A stretch of DNA of 20,000 nt from an uncultured virus (IMG/VR IMGVR_UViG_3300037067_003438) (Duplodnaviria > Heunggongvirae > Uroviricota > Caudoviricetes): the IMG/VR virus record IMGVR_UViG_3300037067_003438; one strand, 5' to 3'. Below are positions 1-7,063 of the stretch, piece after piece; positions within the stretch are counted from its first letter, which is position 1; each line of letters starts with the position of its first letter. Below the pieces are notes generated by a model. That model was not told where the DNA came from. It saw nothing but the letters and a program-made list of their open reading frames with translations, and searched no databases. The position numbers were made by a program, and so were the translations under genes.

Positions 1-11
1 GACTAATATAG

Positions 12-39
12 ATTATACATTCTTCAATAGATCGGTCAA
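12..39 (-). promoter_or_regulatory. sigma70-type promoter repeat, copy 1 (TTGACC-N16-TATAAT)
   Basis: Minus strand TTGACC gatctattgaagaatg TATAAT; same motif as 14 other copies. Confidence 0.8.
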
Positions 40-271
40 GGTGGAATTCCAGGTTCCCACTCATAATCATCATTTTTTAAATCTTTTTTCAATTGTTTTA
101 AATTAACACCTAGAGATTCTATTACCCGTTCTAAATACCATTGTTTATGAGAATCCCCATCAACCATTAATCCTTCAATAGCGTAATTTAGTGCTTTATC
201 TGGACCGTTTTTGGCATTTTGGTTAGTTCTGGTTCACCAACATTATATTTTTCTGCTAAATTTTCTCTCAT
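36..271 (-). pseudogene. Small phage protein with an apparent frameshift (MRENLAEKYNVGEPELTKMP / KNGPDKALNYAIEGLMVDGDSHKQWYLERVIESLG...WEPGIPP)
   Basis: ATG at 271 overlaps the upstream stop (ATGA), but that frame stops early. The -1 frame after the A5 run at 208-212 carries a DGxxHKQW...GIxP motif recalled from phage hypotheticals. Confidence 0.5.
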
Positions 272-444
272 AATTTTTTTGTTATTTCCTGATATAAAAT
301 GTAATATTCATCAATCCATTCTTTTGGTACCATTATATCCGCTTCTAAATATCGTAGAATTGCTTGACATAATTCGCGGAATCGTATTTCCTGCCAAATC
401 TTTTTAGGTATAATACCTATTGGTGGTTTTCTATCATTATTCAT
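268..444 (-). CDS. Hypothetical phage protein, 58 aa (MNNDRKPPIGIIPKKIWQEIRFRELCQAILRY...EWIDEY)
   Basis: Hand-translated ORF missing from the track; KPPxGxxP..W..R..AI.RY...EW pattern; stop overlaps the next ATG. Confidence 0.7.
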   Translation of the reverse strand: MNNDRKPPIGIIPKKIWQEIRFRELCQAILRYLEADIMVPKEWIDEYYILYQEITKKL

Positions 445-619
445 ATATAATACTTCTATATAACATTTCTATATAATATTTATATTTTGTGAAAATAGTT
501 AGTTGTTTCTACCCTTTTATTACTAACATTACCTGCTGAACTTATCCGGGTTTACATCTATTTATCATAGACACGTATAATAATAGACTTCAAGGGTACA
601 GGCGTGCAACCCCAAAGGG

Positions 620-1141
620 TTAAATCCTGAAGATATTCTCTAATTGTTCACTGGTTGGATCATCATAATAAATACTACGGTGTAACAGTGTTAAAGTACC
701 ATTTTTATTGATATCTAGAGATTGAACAGTACCATCTTTTAATGGAATACCAATGCGGGCAAGATGTTTATAACAATTTGTATCGACTGTTAATAGATTT
801 TTCTTGACAGGCTTAGGTAGTTTGTATGCGATAATTACATCGTTATCTGTATATGTTTGATAGCCATCTTCCTGTAATTGACTAATAAAATAGGGAAAAT
901 TAAAGTGTGTCGGAAAATCTTTTTTCACAAACTTTTTACTATCAATTAGGGTAAATGCCATACCCTTCATCTTAGTGGGAATGAATTGTCTGGGCTCACA
1001 CTTGTCTAAATCAAACATAGGCAAGCCACTGGAATTTATAAACTGTCGATCTTCTAAGACAATAGCACGTCTTGTTGCCCCGTACTCGCCTCCACCCAGA
1101 TACTCAAAACTAATCACATCATACTTTGAAAACGTTTTCAT
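620..1141 (-). CDS. WYL-like (SH3-fold) domain protein
   Basis: N-terminus ISFEY-x(7)-TRRAIV...LPMFDLDKCEPRQF resembles the WYL pattern (F.Y....R.v.....l.a.d..r...R.F); AAGGAA RBS. Confidence 0.55.
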   Translation of the reverse strand: MKTFSKYDVISFEYLGGGEYGATRRAIVLEDRQFINSSGLPMFDLDKCEPRQFIPTKMKGMAFTLIDSKKFVKKDFPTHFNFPYFISQLQEDGYQTYTDNDVIIAYKLPKPVKKNLLTVDTNCYKHLARIGIPLKDGTVQSLDINKNGTLTLLHRSIYYDDPTSEQLENIFRI

Positions 1142-1188
1142 AACAATTCCTTTCTATTACATTGTTTTACTTTATGATAATTTCAACT

Positions 1189-1428
1189 TTATTCTTCTAA
1201 TTTAATTAGTTCATCCCACTCTTGTGTATTACGATGTAATCTACAATCCCACATAGCTTTTAGGCAACGACGCAATGACTCTACTGCTGGACCCTGTTGG
1301 TTATTTAAGAATGCTAATTCACCCGCATATTTATATAGGGTGGGTGCTGCCCAATACGATATAGGAAGATAATATGCCAAACCAAGATTTGTAAACATTT
1401 CAATTTCTTTAGCGGAATATTTATCCAT
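1189..1428 (-). CDS. Hypothetical protein
   Basis: 79-aa ORF co-oriented with neighbours. Confidence 0.6.
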   Translation of the reverse strand: MDKYSAKEIEMFTNLGLAYYLPISYWAAPTLYKYAGELAFLNNQQGPAVESLRRCLKAMWDCRLHRNTQEWDELIKLEE

Positions 1429-1493
1429 TATTTCTTTTCTTTCTACGCAATGCCCGCAAAATATCTTGTAATTTCCTTAATACCGGAACGGGT

Positions 1494-1745
1494 TTATGTT
1501 TGCGTATTTTGTACTTTGGTATATCCATTACAATTATCCAACCAAACGGGATCGAATGTGATAGGAAAAATAAACCAACCCATCTTAATTCCGTGGGCGT
1601 TTCCTCGAATACCTAGTTCTGCGGGTGGATTAAATACCGCCAACCACTTATTTTTTATACTTGGGTGGGAACACTCACTATGGCAATCACCAGGAATATT
1701 TCGACGATATTGACATGTATAACAATCAAAAGTTTTAGTGGTCAT
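1494..1745 (-). CDS. Cys-rich phage hypothetical protein, possibly metal-binding
   Basis: CxxC...HxxC...GWFxFPxxFDPVWLxxC; abuts the upstream stop. Confidence 0.7.
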   Translation of the reverse strand: MTTKTFDCYTCQYRRNIPGDCHSECSHPSIKNKWLAVFNPPAELGIRGNAHGIKMGWFIFPITFDPVWLDNCNGYTKVQNTQT

Positions 1746-2084
1746 TTATTTATCCTTGAAATAGCGTTCTGCCCTAACCTTCATTTGCTGCATTAATTTT
1801 TCATAGGCATCTAGATATTCAACAGGCAGCCCAATTTCTTCACTGGTTTTAGGGCTCGTATGTCGCAGCGGGATATTATACATAGCCCTGCCTTTTGCAA
1901 CCTCGACTGCCCTACTCTTCGAGAACCTATCTTTAATATTACATTTGCTCCACCCAATCATATCTTTGTTTAGGCATACGATACACCCAACGGGATGACG
2001 AGAAATTTCATAATCCAAATTACACGTTTCTGGATAAACATCTTGAATACGCACATACCTAACCAGCATTTTTTGTTCAGCCAT
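1746..2084 (-). CDS. Phage protein with GxSxC..DxF.K...A..RA motif (N4 gp49/Sf6 gp66-like)
   Basis: IGWSKCNIKDRFSKSRAVEVAKGRA; ATG at 2084 follows an AAGGGG RBS. Confidence 0.6.
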   Translation of the reverse strand: MAEQKMLVRYVRIQDVYPETCNLDYEISRHPVGCIVCLNKDMIGWSKCNIKDRFSKSRAVEVAKGRAMYNIPLRHTSPKTSEEIGLPVEYLDAYEKLMQQMKVRAERYFKDK

Positions 2085-2149
2085 TGTCAAACCCCTTGTA
2101 ATGATGGGATTGTATTATCCCGAGTAAAATGTTAAATAACACTAAACAA

Positions 2150-2222
2150 TTGGGCAGGATGGAATCGGACCATCGACAGGCAACTTATAAGATTGCAACT
2201 CTAACCACTGAGCTACTGCCCA
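2150..2222 (-). tRNA. trnI: tRNA-Ile (anticodon UAU), CCA not encoded
   Basis: Acceptor TGGGCAG/CTGCCCA, D-arm GCTC-AGTGGTTA-GAGT, anticodon arm GCAAT-CTTATAA-GTTGC, T-arm GATGG-TCCGATT-CCATC. Confidence 0.85.
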
Positions 2223-2249
2223 TTATACATTTTCACCAACACTTGTCAA
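2222..2249 (-). promoter_or_regulatory. Promoter repeat, copy 2 (TTGACA-N16-TATAAT)
   Basis: TTGACA agtgttggtgaaaatg TATAAT. Confidence 0.8.
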
Positions 2250-2509
2250 GCATTTTCTGGGGGAATATCTTGAATTACATCCAATACATTTTTTACATAT
2301 AAAGTTTTTGATAAATGATGATCTTTCGTACCAATACCCATACTGTTAATATGTCCATAAATAGTGCTGGATAATGCACATATATTAGTATTACAATTCC
2401 CACCAACTTTTCCACAAATATATTTGAGAATACGGGTTTCTTCCACGGTGAGTTCTAGTGTAACACCAGTGATAGTTTCAACAATTTTTTTAATAGGTGT
2501 AATTTTCAT
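2246..2509 (-). CDS. Hypothetical protein, internal paralog family A
   Basis: MKI...LELTVEE..IL..ICGKVGG; similar to 2509-2790, the C-terminus of 2893-3513, and 14726-14950. Confidence 0.75.
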   Translation of the reverse strand: MKITPIKKIVETITGVTLELTVEETRILKYICGKVGGNCNTNICALSSTIYGHINSMGIGTKDHHLSKTLYVKNVLDVIQDIPPENA

Positions 2510-2790
2510 CAGATATTCCTTAATTTAACTTCTTCTGTTGGTGGCAAATCTTTAATTATATACATATCTTTGTCTATATAATCACTATAGTACAACTTCC
2601 AGTCTAATTGTCCAACACCAAGATTATCAATTTGATTATATAAATTTGTTAATAATTCCCGCATATTTGTATTTGGATTTCCATCAACACGTCTAACAAC
2701 AAATTTTAACATGCGTAATTCTTCTGGGGATAATTCAAGATTATATCCATCGACAACTTCTATAATTTTAGTATTTTTTGTAATCTTTAT
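2509..2790 (-). CDS. Family A paralog, probably starting at ATA 2790 rather than ATG 2712
   Basis: In-frame upstream extension (I/M)KITKNTKIIEVVDGYNLELSPEELR aligns without gaps to the N-terminus of 2246-2509; GGAAA SD-like sequence upstream. Confidence 0.65.
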   Translation of the reverse strand: MKITKNTKIIEVVDGYNLELSPEELRMLKFVVRRVDGNPNTNMRELLTNLYNQIDNLGVGQLDWKLYYSDYIDKDMYIIKDLPPTEEVKLRNI

Positions 2791-2802
2791 ATAATATTTC
2801 CA

Positions 2803-2886
2803 TTAATTAATATAAAATGCGTCTTTAAAGGTCAACCACAAGACAAATCCGGCTAATATCAGTATGATGAAATGTCTAAACAACAT
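2803..2886 (-). CDS. Putative 27-aa membrane peptide (MLFRHFIILILAGFVLWLTFKDAFYIN)
   Basis: Fills an intergenic gap; single hydrophobic stretch. Confidence 0.4.
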   Translation of the reverse strand: MLFRHFIILILAGFVLWLTFKDAFYIN

Positions 2887-2892
2887 TGGTTT

Positions 2893-3513
2893 TTAATCCT
2901 TATTTAGCGTTAAATTACCAATTAATTTCTTAACATATTTTGAATTTAAGAATGTATAACCATAATAATCCCTTTCTCCGTAAACCTCTTCCCCTTTACG
3001 GTAAATTGCACTATAAAGAGATCGTTCTGGACCCGAGCCACCAATTTTTCCACAAACAGCAGCTAGGGCTAGTAATTCCTCTTTAGATAGCGTAATAACA
3101 TAATCGGTAGAGGTGGTTTTGACTATTTTTTCAACAACGGTTTGCTTTTCTTCAATTTTCATGGTTTTTGGTTTGGTATCATTGTTTACTGAAACTGGTT
3201 CTGGGGGTGGTGCAACTGGACTATAATATGGTGTAGCGTGTGAGTGATATTTTAGAAATTTTGTAGATGTATAGACTACTTCGTTAGTATATAGATCTAA
3301 TACAATAACATCATTAAATCTATCTTTAACGATCAGGGGGAATGGGGTAATAGGGAGATTTCCACCAAATGCGTAAATTTGTACTAGGTGCCATGAATTA
3401 TAATTATATCGAAAGTCATGCTCTACTAATTCACCATTGACATATTTACACGCTTGGGAGTTATCGCGGATTGTACAGATATCACCAATTGCTAAATCGT
3501 GTTCATTCCTCAT
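2893..3513 (-). CDS. Two-domain protein: SH3-like N-terminus, Pro-rich linker, family A domain
   Basis: IGD(I)C.I N-terminus, PVAPPPEP linker, C-terminal MKIEEK...ITLSKEEL..L..VCGKIGG; AAGGAAA RBS. Confidence 0.75.
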   Translation of the reverse strand: MRNEHDLAIGDICTIRDNSQACKYVNGELVEHDFRYNYNSWHLVQIYAFGGNLPITPFPLIVKDRFNDVIVLDLYTNEVVYTSTKFLKYHSHATPYYSPVAPPPEPVSVNNDTKPKTMKIEEKQTVVEKIVKTTSTDYVITLSKEELLALAAVCGKIGGSGPERSLYSAIYRKGEEVYGERDYYGYTFLNSKYVKKLIGNLTLNKD

Positions 3514-3527
3514 TATAATTTCCTTTC

Positions 3528-3583
3528 AAAAAAAATAGGGCGGGCGAACCAAAGTGTTCCTTTGATAAAATATTTCCCACCCT
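3528..3583 (-). terminator. Intrinsic terminator-like structure after the HTH gene
   Basis: AGGGTGGG/CCCGCCCT stem with an inner hairpin, followed by A and T8. Confidence 0.6.
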
Positions 3584-3624
3584 GGCTGTAAAGTATGCCC
3601 CATGTGGGTGCGTGGGGTACATAC

Positions 3625-3990
3625 TTATTCGGTGACAATATTTTCGGTGACAGTACTTTCGGTTAAATCTTCTGCTAAATTTTCTGTCGCCAAAATCTTT
3701 GCTAGAAAAGCATTGGCATTTGCCACGTCGATACGGCGGGCACCGGCAGTAGCCGTAAATTTGGGCACATTAATGCCCTTCTTACGATAGTTTGCCGAAC
3801 GAATACGCACCGATTGAACGGGCAAACCCGTCTTGTCTGCCACATCCTTGTACGACTCGCTTCCGGCAAACGCCGCAAGGAAATCATTAGCCTTCACGGT
3901 AGGCTTGCGTGTGGACTTAGCCTTGATAACTACCGGGGCTGGGGACGCTTCGGTTTCGGTCACTGGAGACACAACTTCATTCTCGCTCAT
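3625..3990 (-). CDS. Putative HTH DNA-binding protein with acidic termini
   Basis: SYKDVADKTGLPVQSVRIRSANYRKKG helix-turn-helix pattern; AGGAG RBS; own promoter. Confidence 0.65.
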   Translation of the reverse strand: MSENEVVSPVTETEASPAPVVIKAKSTRKPTVKANDFLAAFAGSESYKDVADKTGLPVQSVRIRSANYRKKGINVPKFTATAGARRIDVANANAFLAKILATENLAEDLTESTVTENIVTE

Positions 3991-4060
3991 AAAACAAACT
4001 CCTAAAATAAAGGTTAGAACTTACTACTTTTGGGGGACATCCCCCTTTGAACTTACTTAT

Positions 4061-4088
4061 ATTATACTATCACAATCGGACTTGTCAA
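4061..4088 (-). promoter_or_regulatory. Promoter repeat, copy 3
   Basis: TTGACA agtccgattgtgatag TATAAT. Confidence 0.8.
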
Positions 4089-4444
4089 GCGGTTTCTTGG
4101 GCAATATCCTTTTTAATAGCCTTCACCATACGACGGGCACAACGTAAAGTATTTTCTAGTTCCCAATTATAATCACGAAATTCTTCACCTGGATCATAAT
4201 CATAATAATGATTAAATACAATACGATAAGCACTTCCTTCGCCACCATGGCAAAGAGGTTGTTTATAAAGTGGACATTGATGACATTTACTCGGTGTATG
4301 ATTTGGTATATAGATATGGCAATATCCACAATCCCATCCAGAAAGATCGAAGTCGCCATCATCATCATTTTTTAGATCTTTGACAATATTTTCCCACTTT
4401 TCTAAACTTTGTTTCTTTAAATTGATTTTGTCTTTCTTACGCAT
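4085..4444 (-). CDS. Cys-rich phage hypothetical protein
   Basis: KW...CGYC...CHQCPL....C; ATG 4444 after GGAG overlaps the upstream gene end. Confidence 0.7.
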   Translation of the reverse strand: MRKKDKINLKKQSLEKWENIVKDLKNDDDGDFDLSGWDCGYCHIYIPNHTPSKCHQCPLYKQPLCHGGEGSAYRIVFNHYYDYDPGEEFRDYNWELENTLRCARRMVKAIKKDIAQETA

Positions 4445-4664
4445 TTTTTTCTCCAATTGCAAATGTTAAATTTTCCTCTGATACTGCGTTGACAGTACAA
4501 AACATTTTTAGATAATTTTCCCAGGCTTTAGCTGGCGAGGAAAACATTTTTATCCAATTATAAGCGTTGACATGATTGACGGGTTCGCCATTCACGTAGA
4601 GATTACTTCCGGGTGGGCAATAGCGGAACTTATCCAGGGCGTCAAAATAATCAAGGGTTTTCAT
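4437..4664 (-). CDS. Hypothetical protein
   Basis: 75-aa ORF with AAGGTG RBS downstream of promoter copy 4. Confidence 0.65.
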   Translation of the reverse strand: MKTLDYFDALDKFRYCPPGSNLYVNGEPVNHVNAYNWIKMFSSPAKAWENYLKMFCTVNAVSEENLTFAIGEKNA

Positions 4665-4703
4665 TTTACACCTTTTGGTTTGAATGTCTTGAACTATACC
4701 CTA

Positions 4704-4731
4704 ATTATACATTCTTAACTAGGTCTGTCAA
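4704..4731 (-). promoter_or_regulatory. Promoter repeat, copy 4
   Basis: TTGACA gacctagttaagaatg TATAAT. Confidence 0.85.
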
Positions 4732-4732
4732 G

Positions 4733-5059
4733 TCAAAAAGGTATTACCATACAAGAATTTTGAGAATATTTCATATAAATATCTAGCCTACTCATCCCTC
4801 CCTGTTTAGCCAACCAGCCCATTCCTACTTCAATGTGTAGAGTGGAATGATGATAAACTTTGGGCCAATGATAAGCATTGGGGTGATAGATTGGGCGACC
4901 GCCAATAGTGGTATAGTGTGAACTACTCCCTAATAACTCTGGGGGGTTGTCACCATCAACAATTTTAACAGGATAATTATATCCAGTATATCCGACATAC
5001 AGACGGGCTAAAAAATTATCCGAAATTCTATCTGGATTGTTAAAATAATTAGTGGACAT
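4733..5059 (-). CDS. Hypothetical protein
   Basis: 108-aa ORF coupled to the upstream gene (TGATG overlap). Confidence 0.7.
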   Translation of the reverse strand: MSTNYFNNPDRISDNFLARLYVGYTGYNYPVKIVDGDNPPELLGSSSHYTTIGGRPIYHPNAYHWPKVYHHSTLHIEVGMGWLAKQGGMSRLDIYMKYSQNSCMVIPF

Positions 5060-5754
5060 CAGGAATTCTTCTTATCTTTTCTAAAAGAATATTTATCAAA
5101 ACCCTTTGCCCGTGCCATAGTTAGATCATCAATTTTGGGGATGGGCTTTTCGGGCGATGCTAACCCGCCAAGATACATTTCTAATTCCTGAAAAGCTAAA
5201 TAAGAATTAAAAACTTTGTAAAATTGATATGTGGATAATTTAGCATTAAGAATAAGACGAACTTTATTGTACGCACAAACACTATATACAAAAATAGGAA
5301 CTTTAAATCCATCAAAAATATATCCAGCTAATTCTTGGGCAAAATTACTGTAGGATTTTACCTCGGACATATAAAAGAAATTTTGTAAATCTTGGAGAAG
5401 ATAACTTATGTTTTGTCTGCGTTTGCCCTTTAGTATTTCCACATGATTTAATTGAATATTTTCTATAGTTTCCTGAAAATCATAACAATATTTAATACCA
5501 GATTTTCCACCAACCTTTACACATGGGTAAAATTTTCCACAAAACCCAATTAAATAGACAGGTGTATCTATGTCTGTAAGAAAATTACAATTTATGTGCC
5601 TCATGTAATAACGTAGATCGGATTTATAATGGCGGGAATTATGTTCATAAGGAAGATAAATCGTCTCGCTTTTACGCAAATAGAGCATGTGTAAATCTTG
5701 CCCATATTTCTGGACACCATCATAGTAATCTACAAAATTTGACAAAATTCTCAT
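5059..5754 (-). CDS. Phage hypothetical protein, 231 aa
   Basis: Long ORF; MRI.S.F.DYYD, IGFCGK.YP, AFQELEMYLG and GFDK.SFRK motifs recalled from uncharacterised phage proteins. Confidence 0.8.
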   Translation of the reverse strand: MRILSNFVDYYDGVQKYGQDLHMLYLRKSETIYLPYEHNSRHYKSDLRYYMRHINCNFLTDIDTPVYLIGFCGKFYPCVKVGGKSGIKYCYDFQETIENIQLNHVEILKGKRRQNISYLLQDLQNFFYMSEVKSYSNFAQELAGYIFDGFKVPIFVYSVCAYNKVRLILNAKLSTYQFYKVFNSYLAFQELEMYLGGLASPEKPIPKIDDLTMARAKGFDKYSFRKDKKNS

Positions 5755-5767
5755 AATAAGTCTACGA

Positions 5768-5893
5768 CTATTTTTTCTTTAAAATTTCAGCGATTGTATC
5801 TAATTTACTAACTATATCTATGATCGAGGAATTAATAGCTAATAAACCTATAGACAATACTAGTCCCAACATCGGAAGATCATATGAAGACAT
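5768..5893 (-). CDS. Putative 41-aa membrane peptide
   Basis: Hand-translated MSSYDLPMLGLVLSIGLLAINSSII...; fills a gap. Confidence 0.4.
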   Translation of the reverse strand: MSSYDLPMLGLVLSIGLLAINSSIIDIVSKLDTIAEILKKK

Positions 5894-5895
5894 TA

Positions 5896-6072
5896 TTATA
5901 CCCTATATCCCTTATGAATCCAAACAGCCCTTGCACCACAAAACAGGGCAACCAACTTATCAAAGCCGTCCGCGTGAACGGTAAATGCCGTGTGTGTAGT
6001 CTTATCTGCCATGATCGTGTGGGCTTCCGTAGACGCAATTTTCTGGTAATTGGGCTTGTAACTTGGGGACAT
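5896..6072 (-). CDS. Hypothetical protein, 58 aa (MSPSYKPNYQKIASTEAH...WIHKGYRV)
   Basis: Hand-translated ORF with AAGGAAA RBS; preferred over the + strand ORF 5884-6105. Confidence 0.6.
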   Translation of the reverse strand: MSPSYKPNYQKIASTEAHTIMADKTTHTAFTVHADGFDKLVALFCGARAVWIHKGYRV

Positions 6073-6105
6073 ACTAATTTTCCTTTACAAATTGATTATT
6101 ACTAA

Positions 6106-6294
6106 TTATATCCACAAACATACTTTGGTGTCAATAATGTATGTATTTGCAATAACCTCTGGTAATTCTGCATTATTACGTATAATTATACTGGTTTTTG
6201 GACCATGATAAATAATTTTTCCTTTGACCTGTTCATAAACACCAGAACTATTAAGTATTAGATAATCAACGGTATCCCCAATATTATATTTCAT
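6106..6294 (-). CDS. Small SH3/KOW-like protein
   Basis: MKYNIGDTV...GKII pattern. Confidence 0.55.
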   Translation of the reverse strand: MKYNIGDTVDYLILNSSGVYEQVKGKIIYHGPKTSIIIRNNAELPEVIANTYIIDTKVCLWI

Positions 6295-6371
6295 TTGTTA
6301 ATCTAAAACCTCGATGATATCACCTTTTATTCCATAAATACATTGTTAAAAATCCAACAACATTCCATTTT

Positions 6372-6557
6372 TTAACCGATTTGTTTAAGGATTTGTCTTG
6401 CCAGTAAAATTTCACCGTCGTCGCAGCCAATATAGTAAGCATCATTACAATTATCGACACAATAATCAGAGATAAAAAACTCTGGATCATCTACTGCCGC
6501 TGTTTTTCTGGCGAGGGTCTTTAAAACGTTTAAGAGGTTGTTGTTGATCATATTCAT
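6372..6557 (-). CDS. Hypothetical protein, possibly leaderless
   Basis: The track ATG at 6572 lies inside the promoter; the next ATG is 6557; D(A)Y.IG..DGEI.LAR motif. Confidence 0.6.
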   Translation of the reverse strand: MNMINNNLLNVLKTLARKTAAVDDPEFFISDYCVDNCNDAYYIGCDDGEILLARQILKQIG

Positions 6558-6563
6558 AAATGA

Positions 6564-6591
6564 ATTATACATTCTTAAAACGGTTTGTCAA
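6564..6591 (-). promoter_or_regulatory. Promoter repeat, copy 5
   Basis: TTGACA aaccgttttaagaatg TATAAT. Confidence 0.85.
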
Positions 6592-6592
6592 G

Positions 6593-6855
6593 TACGGCTT
6601 TTGGGACTTGAACCCAAGACCTACGGATTAACCTACCACTATGGCTTTCACCACCATTACCTGTTTGTGGTCTGGACTTTCTCTTTACCCACTCTGGGTA
6701 TCGCCTGTTAAGTCTCTACACCTTCCGATTACTCGGCTTGGCTCGGGATTGGCATTTTACAGCGTTTTCCGAATTTAGGCGATTCTACTTTGAAAATTTC
6801 TTTTCAAGCACTCCTATTAAAGTCCGTTGCTCTAAACCATCTGAGCTAAAGCCGC
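6593..6855 (-). tRNA. trnK: Intron-containing tRNA-Lys (UUU); exons 6820-6855 and 6593-6631
   Basis: Acceptor GCGGCTT/AAGCCGT + A73, D-arm GCTC/GAGC, spliced anticodon arm ACGGA-CTT^TTAA-TCCGT, T-arm TTGGG-TTCAAGT-CCCAA. Confidence 0.85.
6632..6819 (-). ncRNA. Group I intron (IC3-like), ~188 nt, no ORF
   Basis: P1 ACUUU/GGAGU; P2 TTGAAAA-GAAA-TTTTCAA; P3 ATCGCCT/AGGCGAT; P/Q AATTCGGAAA...AATCCCGAGC; R GTAGAGACTTAACAGG; P8 TACCCA/TGGGTA; S AAGAGAAAGTCC; terminal G. Confidence 0.9.
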
Positions 6856-7035
6856 TTAAATTTTTATTCCTTTTATTTTTAATCTATCTCTTAAAACATT
6901 ATACGCTTCTTGATATGTTCGACCTTCTGCGTTGATAACATAATTTTGGGAATTAATTTTGCCATGCCAGGTTAAATTTAGTAGAGTTTTTACAAACACG
7001 CCATTTAGGCGATATTTAACCTCACATTGATAGAT

Positions 7036-7063
7036 ATTATACATTCTAAAATAGTTATGTCAA
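7036..7063 (-). promoter_or_regulatory. Promoter repeat, copy 6 (likely drives tRNA-Lys)
   Basis: TTGACA taactattttagaatg TATAAT. Confidence 0.85.

Noticed and set aside
6593..6855. tRNA-Asn(GUU) as the spliced product
   Set aside because: It needs splicing after U33, which pairs with A rather than G in P1, and Asn normally has G73 whereas A73 is present. Disfavoured but not fully excluded.
6856..7044. 62-aa ORF MYNIYQCE...
   Set aside because: Its ATG lies within the promoter (ATGTATAAT), so it is upstream of the expected TSS. The region is more likely the tRNA-Lys leader, though translation from read-through mRNA is not excluded.
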